Assembly (NCBI GenBank): GCA_963668175.1
Contig: OY764159.1
Location: 2,240,001-2,304,000 of the forward strand
Direction of reading: 5' to 3'
Length of the DNA: 64,000 nt
DNA from: Syntrophales bacterium
GTDB taxonomy: Bacteria; Desulfobacterota; Syntrophia; Syntrophales; PHBD01
The notes below the pieces were generated by a model. The model saw nothing but the letters and a program-made list of their open reading frames with translations, had not been told where the DNA came from and did no database searches. Numbering within the stretch: position 1 is the first letter of the stretch; each line of letters starts with the position of its first letter. Shown here in pieces: positions 1-9,670 of this stretch. The translations under genes were made by a program, and so were the position numbers.

Positions 1-102
1 ATGTCGAATAATTATCCGGAAATATTCATCCATGACCGCAAGAAAACCCTTCCCTCTCTTATATAATATGATCATGTAAGTCTAATCTGCCAAAGCAGAG
101 CA

Positions 103-136
103 GCCAAGAAGAGATCCATCTGGATCTCTTCTTGGC
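103..136. other. Perfect 16-bp inverted repeat (hairpin; possible terminator or operator)
   Basis: GCCAAGAAGAGATCCA-TC-TGGATCTCTTCTTGGC. Confidence 0.6.
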
Positions 137-462
137 AAATCGGAAATCTTTGCCCTATTGAAACATTGTTGAAAATACCTTTCTATTGACCATCATGTCA
201 ATCTTAATATTGGCCTATATCAGGAGGATTGTTTGGAAGGAATAAGGAAGGAAGAAATAAGGGGACGGTTCTATTTTATCCAGCACGATCGTGTCAAATG
301 TTTCTCGATTAATGGAGCCGTCTTTGATTATTTCTGAACGGAATGAATGAAGTACCGCGGCCCCCGACCAGGGGGGATGGCAGCCCCTGAATTGGTTCGG
401 TATATAAAACTCACATGGCTGTCAGTAGAATTGTGTCGATAGTTTTGTGTAGAATATTACTA

Positions 463-3400
463 CTAACTTTTTAATTGGCGATAATCAGGTTCTTTTTTTG
501 GAGCAGTGATAAGAGGTGTTTGGCTCGCTTCTATGTCGAGGTGGCTGCAAACGCGTTGTCTCAATTGGATATCCCTTCGAAATAGCTTGAAGTGTTCCCA
601 AACAATAACCCGCAATACTTCCCGCCCGATAAATTTCCCTTCAAGTTCCTTGGCAATTGTCTTGACATCACCTTCGGGAAAGTCATTAAAATAGCATTCC
701 AATCGGGTAGAAAGATCAAGTATGCGATGCGATACTGTTATTGAATCTGTCAAAAGATACTTGTCATAACTCGGTTTAAGTACTGCTAGTCCGAGAGCTT
801 TTGATGTGTGTTTTATTAGGCCATATGCTATCCTAAGAGCAATGGCGTTCAAGGATTGTCTCACATTCTTATCTAACTCCTCATACTCTTTTTTCGGATA
901 TCGATGCTGTATGATTTCAGCAAGAGATTGGGCAATCATGTCTTTATCCTTCTCCAGATGCTCATATAGCTCACACATCAGTCGTAAACACAGGCCGTAA
1001 CATTCACGAATGACTTCGATTTGTTTTATGCCTTTCATATTGCCATAAAAGTTACGAAGTAATTGACCGCAGATCCTAATCGCATGATGAGCAGAATTCG
1101 CAGCATTGATTAAGGAAATTGCTTCATCATCCTCTTCCTTCAAGTCACGCTCTGCACTCGTAATTTCAGATAGGCTATGCGGTCTCTCCGATTCATCTCT
1201 TAGTCTCATTTCATTAATCAGTTCATTTTCTGGCGTCTCAGAGGGCAAGATAAGTCTTGCTGGCTTTATTGTTTCTTTGGGTAGGATTGCTGGTGAGTCA
1301 ATTAAATTGTATTCCTTGGCATTAGAGAAATGCCCCCTTATAGTCGACATTATAAGATTAAAAATACGAGGGTCCTTTGATTGATGACACAAAAACAATA
1401 TAGTGTTAGCGACGTCAATATTGTGTAATGAAGAACATAAATATTCGATAATTCGCATGATTTCCTGATCATGAATATTATTGGACAAGTAGCGAGCAAG
1501 AAAAAAACAATAGTAATATCGGTACTTGAATCCAATATCAGTTCCACATCTATTAAAGACGCCAATATTAATGAAGTCCTTGACTACTTTTTCAAAGTGA
1601 AGCTTACAATTATAATTATCACAATAATCTTCATGCCATCTTTCGCATTTGATGTCATTAATGGCGCGCTTTCCCGATGAATGAATTGCAAATGCAAATT
1701 CAGACAGGTAATTTAACATAACTTCCAGCTCTGCCGGTGTCCTGGCGACACCATAAATCACGTCCCTGATTATAAGTTCGTATAGTGTGCCATACACACC
1801 TGTTGAACCTTCTACCGGTGTGCCCGCTTCTAGTTGCTGCATCATCATGAGAATAAAAATAGGCAATGAAGGAATTGCACCTTTATCAATGATATTATCG
1901 ATAATGGCTCCATAGCGAAGTTTCTCCTGATATAGCTGAGCCGTATCAATTTGATAAGCGTCCGTTCCCGTAAGCAACCACTTGCCAATAAGCGCGAAAC
2001 GAGATTCTGCATCACATTCAGTTATGTCTGCATGATCGAATGTCCATAGGATCGTCTCTACTTCAGTTTTATGAAGAATCTCTGTCATCCTAATGCCCGG
2101 TGAAGATATGACTATCACCAAACCAAAGTTATTATCGAACCAACGGATTAATTTATCACGTCCCCCGTCACCGAGGGTTAACCTGTCATAATCGTCTATG
2201 ATGATGGCCCTATCTTTGATCGCTGATTGCCAGAAGGCAACAGCGCTATTGCCCGAATATATTTTTTTCACGACATGGTCGATTGCGTTGTGAATCCTAT
2301 CAAAATCGAAAGTTTTCTTGTCTTGTCTAGGGACCGAAAAGTCAGATCTGATCAAGAGAGTTGCAAACCCCGCTTCTCTAAGATCTTTGAATAATTGCTT
2401 AGACAAAGATGTCTTCCCTATCTTTTCAGAACCAGATATGAATATTCTCTTTTTTTCTTGAATATATCCCACTAAATCCCTGTCACGAACTATACCCATT
2501 GGGCTGCAAGCTTTTCGTATATCCAACTTTTGGAGGTCTGGATAAATAAAAACGTCGCTCATTTTAAGATTCTGTTCTCGGGGATGCCTGAAATCTGTGC
2601 CTATCTCTTCCAGCCACGAGTTCCACTCATTACGAATTTCGAGTTCATTCATGAGCGGTTGGCGTAAGCGAAGATATCTGTGCTCATAAAATTCGGTTAT
2701 TTGCTCATATGACTTACCATTCCATTTAAATGTCGTGCACAAAAATGTCTGATTTTCAGGCCTCAATTTGATCATATTGAAAGAACTGTTTTCCGAATCA
2801 TCAGGATCTTGGAGAATACCACCCTCGACATAAAGGTTCTGCTCTATTGTCCGTCTTGTCTGTTTTATAATGTCTGGATTGTGTTCATGCCCTGTAAAGA
2901 CAATATCACATCTTGATTCAAGCAATCTTTTGAAATCCTTTGCGTTATCTCGACGATACCAATCATACGGATGATGGAGGACTGCGATATTTAGGTTGCC
3001 ATTATTCGCATCACGTTTGAATTCTTCAGAAAGGTGTTCGATTGGAAACCACGAAATCCCAGGTGAATCATGTTTTTTCGTGAATCTAGTTGTATTCAAG
3101 AGATAAAATTTTATACTGATTAAATCAAACTTAACCGTCATGGATTCAAGAAGATTTGAAGGTGCGTATACTTCTGTTGAAGAGGAGAGGTTATCAATAA
3201 AATCTCCAAAACATTTCAGAGTGGCCATCAACTTTTCATTCATTCCTGGACTTGGTGGCTTGCTCGGACTTGTATTGTCAATGATCATATCCCTTATACT
3301 CTCATCATAATTTGGCGAAGTGAAGTTGTGATCATGGTTGCCCGGGACTAGCAATAAACAAGGCTTCTTTCCGGTATGCGTATGGATCACTTTCTCAAGA

Positions 3401-3603
3401 TCAACTAAATAATTAGCGGCTATCCCATAATCCTCGGGTCTGCCAGAATAGGCGACATCACCAGAAAAGATGATTGCACAATAGTCGCCCCAATCCATTA
3501 CTGAACGGATAGCGCATTGAATTGATTGAGATCGCGTTGACGCTAAGTTTTCACCTTCCATACTAAAGTGGCTGTCACTTAAGTGAACTATAATTATACT
3601 CAT
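463..3603 (-). CDS. Calcineurin-like metallophosphoesterase fused to STAND/NACHT-like P-loop NTPase (probable defence protein)
   Basis: MPE motifs HLSDSH, SGD, PGNHD, LHHP, GHEH; Walker A GSEKIGKTS; Walker B IIIDDYD; long helical C-terminus; AT-rich relative to the bulk of the window. Confidence 0.8.
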   Translation of the reverse strand: MSIIIVHLSDSHFSMEGENLASTRSQSIQCAIRSVMDWGDYCAIIFSGDVAYSGRPEDYGIAANYLVDLEKVIHTHTGKKPCLLLVPGNHDHNFTSPNYDESIRDMIIDNTSPSKPPSPGMNEKLMATLKCFGDFIDNLSSSTEVYAPSNLLESMTVKFDLISIKFYLLNTTRFTKKHDSPGISWFPIEHLSEEFKRDANNGNLNIAVLHHPYDWYRRDNAKDFKRLLESRCDIVFTGHEHNPDIIKQTRRTIEQNLYVEGGILQDPDDSENSSFNMIKLRPENQTFLCTTFKWNGKSYEQITEFYEHRYLRLRQPLMNELEIRNEWNSWLEEIGTDFRHPREQNLKMSDVFIYPDLQKLDIRKACSPMGIVRDRDLVGYIQEKKRIFISGSEKIGKTSLSKQLFKDLREAGFATLLIRSDFSVPRQDKKTFDFDRIHNAIDHVVKKIYSGNSAVAFWQSAIKDRAIIIDDYDRLTLGDGGRDKLIRWFDNNFGLVIVISSPGIRMTEILHKTEVETILWTFDHADITECDAESRFALIGKWLLTGTDAYQIDTAQLYQEKLRYGAIIDNIIDKGAIPSLPIFILMMMQQLEAGTPVEGSTGVYGTLYELIIRDVIYGVARTPAELEVMLNYLSEFAFAIHSSGKRAINDIKCERWHEDYCDNYNCKLHFEKVVKDFINIGVFNRCGTDIGFKYRYYYCFFLARYLSNNIHDQEIMRIIEYLCSSLHNIDVANTILFLCHQSKDPRIFNLIMSTIRGHFSNAKEYNLIDSPAILPKETIKPARLILPSETPENELINEMRLRDESERPHSLSEITSAERDLKEEDDEAISLINAANSAHHAIRICGQLLRNFYGNMKGIKQIEVIRECYGLCLRLMCELYEHLEKDKDMIAQSLAEIIQHRYPKKEYEELDKNVRQSLNAIALRIAYGLIKHTSKALGLAVLKPSYDKYLLTDSITVSHRILDLSTRLECYFNDFPEGDVKTIAKELEGKFIGREVLRVIVWEHFKLFRRDIQLRQRVCSHLDIEASQTPLITAPKKEPDYRQLKS

Positions 3604-4217
3604 GACTTTCCCTCGGATAAGGATATTGTTAGAATATTTATTAGTACGATCAGTTTTATTTATCTCGTCACAGTCAAGTGCCGCAAGATATATTCATATC
3701 TTCTCGCGGTCTTATAGGTATAGAAACCCCGCCAACTTCTTTTCAAGCTGCGGGGTCTTTATCCGTCCACTTGTCCCTCCATAAGCTGTTCACGGTTATG
3801 CGGGATGGATCTCATGCTGTTTCTGTGTAGCGATTCATTACCACTGTTTTAATGGAAAATCCAGAATAAATACTAGTAGTATGTTATGATATTCTACAAA
3901 ATTGTGCCTGTCGGCGGTGCGGCCGGGCGTGCGGCATTCGGCCCGCGCACGCTGGCGGCATCGGCCCCGCCGACGGCTGCGCCATCCGCAGCGGCGGCGC
4001 GCTATTCAAGGCCCGGCGGCCTTTCCCTGTCGCGCTTCTCCGCGATCCGGACGCAGCAGGCCGTCGCGTCCCGTTTCCCCGTAAGCCCAACGAATCATTA
4101 TCCGATTGACGGACGGCGGTCGTCGTGTCATAAGATATGCGTCGGTTCAAGCCGGGCAGGCATAACGTCCTTGTGCGGAGGAAACCTGTCTCTTGGAGCG
4201 CGATAGGGGGAAAGAGA

Positions 4218-5210
4218 ATGAAAACCGCAAGAACTCGGTTGTTTGCAGTCTGCCTGATTCTTACGGTCCTGGCGGTCCCGGCCGCGTACGGGCAGGATGT
4301 GGAAAAGAGCAAAGAGGGAAAGGCGTCGTGGATCGGCGGCAGGATTTCCGTCGAGGTCTACGGCGGCTATCTCAAGGGAGAGGCGCGCGAACTCGTCTAC
4401 AATGCGGCGACGGGGCATAAGGACAGCGAGCTTTTCTGGAGCATCGACGAGGCTTACGTCGTCGGCGGCACGCTGGCCGTGCGGCCGCTGGATTGGCTGA
4501 CCTTCAGGGTCGGCGGCTGGATGCCCTTCAAGTCGAACAACACGATGGACGATTACGACTGGCTTACCGCAGGCGAGACGGATTGGACCCACCACTCCAA
4601 CCATTCGGATACCACACTGAACAGCGCCCACCAGATCGACGCGGCCGTCGTTGCCAGGCTCGTCAAGTTCAGGAAAACCTCGTGGTTCGACAGCGCCCAG
4701 ATAGACCTGCTGGCGGGGTACCGCTGGCTTTACACGAAATGGATGGCGCGGGGCGGGAGTTTTATTTATTCCGACGGAGGACGCTTCCGCAACGAAACCA
4801 TGACGTTTCAGAACGGCATGGCGGTCATCGGCTACGAGCAGTGGATCGAAACCCCGTATGTCGGCCTGGGCGGCAGCATCGCCTTCGGCCGGTGGTCGTT
4901 CGCCGGCGAGTTGACGGGCAGCCTCTGGGGGCGGGCGGAAGATCGCGACAACCACTACCTCCGCACGCTGCTCTTCGAAGGCAGCTTTACCGACGTGCCC
5001 ATGATCGCGGGGTCGTTCAGGGCCGACTACGCCTTGACGGCGCACCTCTCCCTTTTCGGGAATATCATGTATCAGAGGTATTTCGAGACGAGGGGGCCGA
5101 ACAGCATGGCGAACTACACAACCGGAGAGACGGACTATTTCGCCGGCGATTCGGCCGGGATAGCCCACTACTCGACGATTGCGAGCCTGGGGATCAGGTG
5201 GACGTTCTGA
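4218..5210 (+). CDS. Omptin-family outer-membrane protease (OmpT/Pla-like)
   Basis: Signal peptide; ELVY..SELFW, MDDYDW..WTHHSNH and DRDNHYLR motifs; C-terminal aromatic barrel signal (RWTF). Confidence 0.85.
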   Translation: MKTARTRLFAVCLILTVLAVPAAYGQDVEKSKEGKASWIGGRISVEVYGGYLKGEARELVYNAATGHKDSELFWSIDEAYVVGGTLAVRPLDWLTFRVGGWMPFKSNNTMDDYDWLTAGETDWTHHSNHSDTTLNSAHQIDAAVVARLVKFRKTSWFDSAQIDLLAGYRWLYTKWMARGGSFIYSDGGRFRNETMTFQNGMAVIGYEQWIETPYVGLGGSIAFGRWSFAGELTGSLWGRAEDRDNHYLRTLLFEGSFTDVPMIAGSFRADYALTAHLSLFGNIMYQRYFETRGPNSMANYTTGETDYFAGDSAGIAHYSTIASLGIRWTF

Positions 5211-5383
5211 CCCCCCCGGCGGCGCTGTGGCATATTGCGGCAACTCCCGCCCGGCGGGCGGCCGCCGGTGCGGATATTGTTCGTTCCCGGCAAAGGCGCG
5301 CCCCGCAAGGGCAGGCGGGGCAAAGACAGGCCGCGGCCCGCTGCGCCGCGATGGCCGGTGCCGTTCCCGCGGTGCCGGTATGT

Positions 5384-6046
5384 TCACCTGAGTTTAATGT
5401 TCGCCGACATTTTCGCATGACTCATGACGTATTTATAGGCGTAGTCCATGATTGGCGCTGACGGCTCATTGGCGGCGCGGTGCATAAGCTCGGCGTCAAG
5501 CTGCTGTGGAGATATGGAATAGTGCACCTGAACGTAATCCTGGGGGTGCGTCTGCCCCTTGAACATATATCTTTCGCACCATGTGAGCCTTACGGTCGGG
5601 TCGAGCGCGGCATATTTGGACAGCGTCATGGATGGGATCGCCGACATCACCAGTTCCAACGCCTTTTCCTGGGCCTCTTTGAGTTCCGCGTCGATCTTCT
5701 CGATCTTGTCCTTCACCCTCACATTGCCGGAGTTCGTGACCAGGACCTTTTCATAATTCCTGATTGCGGCTTCGAGTTTCTTGTTCTTCGCGTCGATGTC
5801 GCCCATGACCTCGTAGGGCACCGTCTGTCCGACGCATTTATCGATAACCTCCCTGCACTCTTTCAGCACCTTGGCCTCGTCGCCGATGGCCTTGGAGCCG
5901 TCGGCGTAGCGGGTCAGCTCCTTTTCGGCGTCGGCGCAGTTCTTCGTGCAGCCGCCGAGGCCCAGGCATAACGTCAGCGCCGCGAGCAGCAGGATGAAGC
6001 GAAGCGGCGTCCTGTCGAACCCAACCGGACTTCTTTTCGATTCCAT
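5384..6046 (-). CDS. Hypothetical lipoprotein with a TPR-like segment
   Basis: Lipobox-like LGGC after a hydrophobic stretch; YEVMGDI..AAIRNYEKVL is TPR-like; start chosen at MESKRS after a purine-rich RBS. Confidence 0.6.
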   Translation of the reverse strand: MESKRSPVGFDRTPLRFILLLAALTLCLGLGGCTKNCADAEKELTRYADGSKAIGDEAKVLKECREVIDKCVGQTVPYEVMGDIDAKNKKLEAAIRNYEKVLVTNSGNVRVKDKIEKIDAELKEAQEKALELVMSAIPSMTLSKYAALDPTVRLTWCERYMFKGQTHPQDYVQVHYSISPQQLDAELMHRAANEPSAPIMDYAYKYVMSHAKMSANIKLR

Positions 6047-6715
6047 GATTGCTCCTTTCGCATCGAATCGGGCCGGCCGCCGCGGTACGAAAGCTCCGGG
6101 GGGGCAGCGGCGTTTATCGGGTCTTGCCGCAAAATCGCATAAAGCGAGGGCTGTACGAATGCCGAAACATATCGTTTCGCCGAACGATAACATGCTTATG
6201 CGTTGCGGAACCGGAGCCGTATCGCTTCGGAAACGATTACCATGATCACTCGAAGTAATCCAGAGAAATATTAACAATATATCGTCACATTCCACAACGC
6301 TGCGTGTATTTGCCGCCGGAAATCAAAGACGGCGCTATACATTGCGCGCCCGGCGGCCGTGAACGGCGGGGCGACGGAATGACTGCCAGTCTCTTGCCGC
6401 GCTGTAAAAAAATCCGACAAATCGCGCCTGCAAGACGCGCGCAGCCCGGAAAATATTTTTCCTTTTTCATGAAATGCAATAACCGTGCGGGTAAGCGTGG
6501 CAGAGCCGCGTCTTTTATGCCATTGCTTTATGGAAGCAGCTGGATATATGCCAAAGTTTGCATATGAGGATAATAACAGGTCGCCTCCGGCCCTTCTATA
6601 TAACCGTATAACATGAACGGTAAAATGCCCCTTCTCGGACGGCCAGACGGCATCATCGCCAATTGCCCGATATTCCACAAATTATTTCAAAAACTGGAAA
6701 CAGGCGCGGTCCTGC

Positions 6716-6732
6716 CGTAACATTTCTTTACA
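6716..6732. promoter_or_regulatory. Putative enhancer-binding-protein site (GT-N11-ACA type)
   Basis: CGTAACATTTCTTTACA about 60 bp upstream of a sigma54 site; near-identical motif at 55966 upstream of the second PEP-CTERM gene. Confidence 0.55.
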
Positions 6733-6794
6733 ATTCCCGCCGCCCCAAACGGCCTCTAAAGCCATAAGTATCGTATATTCGATAGTTTACAATC

Positions 6795-6810
6795 TGGAAT
6801 AGGTATTGCT
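6795..6810 (+). promoter_or_regulatory. sigma54 (-24/-12) promoter
   Basis: TGGAATAGGTATTGCT has GG-N10-GC spacing; lies upstream of the lipoprotein/PEP-CTERM pair. Confidence 0.6.
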
Positions 6811-6916
6811 TACTATGTGCTCATCCCGGAAGGCGCATTTGCTTCGATCGCCGTTCACGTGGGCATCGTCCTGTCTTCGGGCCGCAGTCGTCGATTTCTC
6901 ATGTTCGAGGTGCAAG

Positions 6917-7345
6917 GTGAAGGAAGCGTCATACGCCCGTCCGGCGATTCTGTTGTTTCTTGCGCTGCTTGGCGCACCCATCCTTGTGGGCCTCGCCGGA
7001 TGCAGTTCAGGGACCTCCACCCCTGCGGGCAGCGTGCCCAAAACGTCCACCGAATACCAGGCTGTTTTCCTCGATAACGGCCAGGTCTTTTTCGGCAGGC
7101 TGGAAGGCGGCAGCGCCGACTACCCGCTCCTCAAGGACGTCTACTACATCCAGCGCCAGGAGGACCCGGCCACGAAACAGGCCAAGATCGTCCTCGTGAA
7201 GCGGGGCAACGAACTCCACGGGCCGGACGCCATGGTCGTCAATTCGCGGCATATCGTCGTCGTCGAATCCGTCACGCCCAACTCGAAAGTGGCGCAGCTC
7301 ATCAGGGAAGCCAAGGCGCAGAAACCGGCGGGGACGAACCCTTAA
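6917..7345 (+). CDS. Small conserved hypothetical lipoprotein
   Basis: Lipobox LAGC; core YQAVFLDNGQVFFG..LKDVYYIQ..LVKRGNELHGP; start (GTG 6917) uncertain. Confidence 0.65.
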   Translation: MKEASYARPAILLFLALLGAPILVGLAGCSSGTSTPAGSVPKTSTEYQAVFLDNGQVFFGRLEGGSADYPLLKDVYYIQRQEDPATKQAKIVLVKRGNELHGPDAMVVNSRHIVVVESVTPNSKVAQLIREAKAQKPAGTNP

Positions 7346-7398
7346 GCCGGCAGCGATAAAACGCAAGTCAACACGATCTTAACATACGGAGGTTCAAG

Positions 7399-9444
7399 AT
7401 GCAGCGTCGTTCCTGGAAATTATCGTATCTCGCGGGAATTTTCATCGCGGTTCTCTCCCTCGTTTTCATGCCGGCAACGCCCGTCCGGGCGGCCGACAAC
7501 GACTGGACCGGGGCATCGGGAGACGGCCTGTGGAGCACGGCGGGCAACTGGTCGAGCGGCGTCCCCACAACGGGACAAAATGTGTCCCTGGACAAATACG
7601 ACACTCCGCAGAATACGACGTATGATCTCACATCGCTCTCCCTCGGCAACGTCTATCAGTGGGACAACATCGCCGTCACCCAGAACAATGCGCTCTCCAC
7701 CCTGAGCGTCCAGAGATTGCAGATCGACGGCCTCGGTGGGAAGATGCCCGTCTACAACCTCGTCAACGGCGCCCTCGCCGCCAATTCGGAGGAAATCGGA
7801 AACTATCACGTCGGGAAGATCGTCCAGAGCGGCGGGACTAATACGGTGCAGACCAGCATCATTTTAGGCTACTACGGCTACGGCACGTACTCCCAGAGCG
7901 GCGGGGAAGTGCAGACTGGCGCGCTTTACCTGGGCTACGACCAGGGCGGAAGCGGGCGCTACGAGCTCAGCGGCACGGGAAAACTGACGGCGACCATCGT
8001 CCTCGGCAACGCGGGGTTCAACGGCGTGGGGCAGGGCACCTTCGTCCAGACCGGCGGCACGATCACGGGCAATATCGCGGTCGGCTACGGCGGGTACGGC
8101 GCATTCGACCAGAGCGGCGGGACGATAACGGCGCCGGATAAAATCTCCGTCGGCGCGAAAGTCGCCGGCGTGGGCAGCTCCTACAAGCTGAGCGGCACGG
8201 GCCAGGTGACGTCCAAGTGGATGTACATCGGCGAATCCGTCTCGGGCAGCTTCCAGCAGGACGGCGGGTCGAACACGGTCCAGAAGTCCATGATGGTCGG
8301 GTACAATGCGACCGTCAGCGGGACGTACACGCTGAACGACGGCACGCTCACGGTTACGGGTTCCACGATCGTCGGCTGGGACGGCAAGGGCGGCTTCGTC
8401 CAGAACGGCGGGACCCATAGCACCGGCGAGCTTAACGTCGGGCACCACACCGGGGCGACGGGGACCTACACGATGAAGGGCGGCACGCTGCAGGCGAATG
8501 AAATCCATATCGGCGACATGGGGACGGGGACCTTCAACCAGACGGGCGGCAACGTCAACGTGACGTACGAGTTGGTCGTTTCGCCGCCGGACGGGGGCAG
8601 CGGGCAGTACAACCTGTCGGGCGGCAACCTCAATGCGGCCAAGCTCACGAACTACGCGACCCTGAACTATACGGGCGGCACGCTCACCGTGGCGCACGAC
8701 ATCGTGAACAACGGGGATATGGTCCTCGGCGGCTCCGGGACCAGGACCGTCGCCGGGGGCGGCCGGGTGACGAATTACGGGAACATCGAAGTGAACAGCG
8801 TCACGGCCACGTTCTCCGTCCTGCTCGATAACCGCGGCGGATACGTGAGCGAAAACGCCCGGACCAATTTCACGGACGTCTACATCAGGCAGGACGGCTA
8901 CATCCGCTCCGCCAAGGGCGACTTCTTCTCCGTGTCGGGCAACTTCCAGAGCGCGAGCACCCAGAACGCCCTCTGGAACACCAACGGCGCAATCCTCCGA
9001 TTCACGAAATCCGATAACCCGCACATCTTCTCGATTACAGGCGGGGACGTCGGCGCCGTCATGACGGGATTCGAGCACAATTTCGCATGGAATACGCTCA
9101 TCCTCGGCGCGGACATCCTGCTGTCGCTGGAAGACGGGAACGATGCCCTGGGCGGCGCCCTGTACGTCCGGGAGCTGATCGGCCTGATGATTCACGGGGG
9201 GTATGCCCTGAACATCTCCGAGGGGGAGGGGACGGACCTCAACATCTACTACGACGCGGCGCTTGCCGAAAACGCCTACCTGGATTACGGAAAGTACCGG
9301 ATCGCGGGCGGCGGCTGGATCATCCCCATCGGGGAGAAGCCGGAAGAGCCGCCGAGCGGCGCCGTGCCCGAACCTGCGACCTTGCTTCTTCTCGGCCTCG
9401 GCCTTGCCGGTGCGGTTGCGGCAAGAAAGACATTCTGCAGATAA
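7399..9444 (+). CDS. PEP-CTERM sorting-domain surface protein with Gly-rich beta-strand repeats
   Basis: Signal peptide; repeated GxFxQxGG units; C-terminal VPEPATLLLLGLGLAG..RK. Confidence 0.9.
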   Translation: MQRRSWKLSYLAGIFIAVLSLVFMPATPVRAADNDWTGASGDGLWSTAGNWSSGVPTTGQNVSLDKYDTPQNTTYDLTSLSLGNVYQWDNIAVTQNNALSTLSVQRLQIDGLGGKMPVYNLVNGALAANSEEIGNYHVGKIVQSGGTNTVQTSIILGYYGYGTYSQSGGEVQTGALYLGYDQGGSGRYELSGTGKLTATIVLGNAGFNGVGQGTFVQTGGTITGNIAVGYGGYGAFDQSGGTITAPDKISVGAKVAGVGSSYKLSGTGQVTSKWMYIGESVSGSFQQDGGSNTVQKSMMVGYNATVSGTYTLNDGTLTVTGSTIVGWDGKGGFVQNGGTHSTGELNVGHHTGATGTYTMKGGTLQANEIHIGDMGTGTFNQTGGNVNVTYELVVSPPDGGSGQYNLSGGNLNAAKLTNYATLNYTGGTLTVAHDIVNNGDMVLGGSGTRTVAGGGRVTNYGNIEVNSVTATFSVLLDNRGGYVSENARTNFTDVYIRQDGYIRSAKGDFFSVSGNFQSASTQNALWNTNGAILRFTKSDNPHIFSITGGDVGAVMTGFEHNFAWNTLILGADILLSLEDGNDALGGALYVRELIGLMIHGGYALNISEGEGTDLNIYYDAALAENAYLDYGKYRIAGGGWIIPIGEKPEEPPSGAVPEPATLLLLGLGLAGAVAARKTFCR

Positions 9445-9468
9445 TTTCTATTCGGAATATCCGCAACG

Positions 9469-9499
9469 AAAGGCAGCGCCGTTTCCGGCGCTGCCTTTC
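9469..9499. terminator. Intrinsic (possibly bidirectional) terminator
   Basis: AAAGGCAGCGCC-GTTTCC-GGCGCTGCCTTT between convergent genes. Confidence 0.7.
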
Positions 9500-9670
9500 C
9501 ATGAACAGACTGAATGTGAAACGCGTCGTCTGGACGATGCATCCGCCGGACGCGGAAACAGGGAACCCTTGTCTTGACTCGTGCATGTCTTACGGATGGC
9601 GGTGCAGTTGCCCGGAACCGCCCGGCTGTCCGTTTCGCAAAACCATCGCCTTCGTTGTTCGTATCCGCTT

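Noticed and set aside
340..460. attC-like sequence downstream of the STAND gene
   Set aside because: Only a CCGAAC box is visible; no matching L/R boxes.
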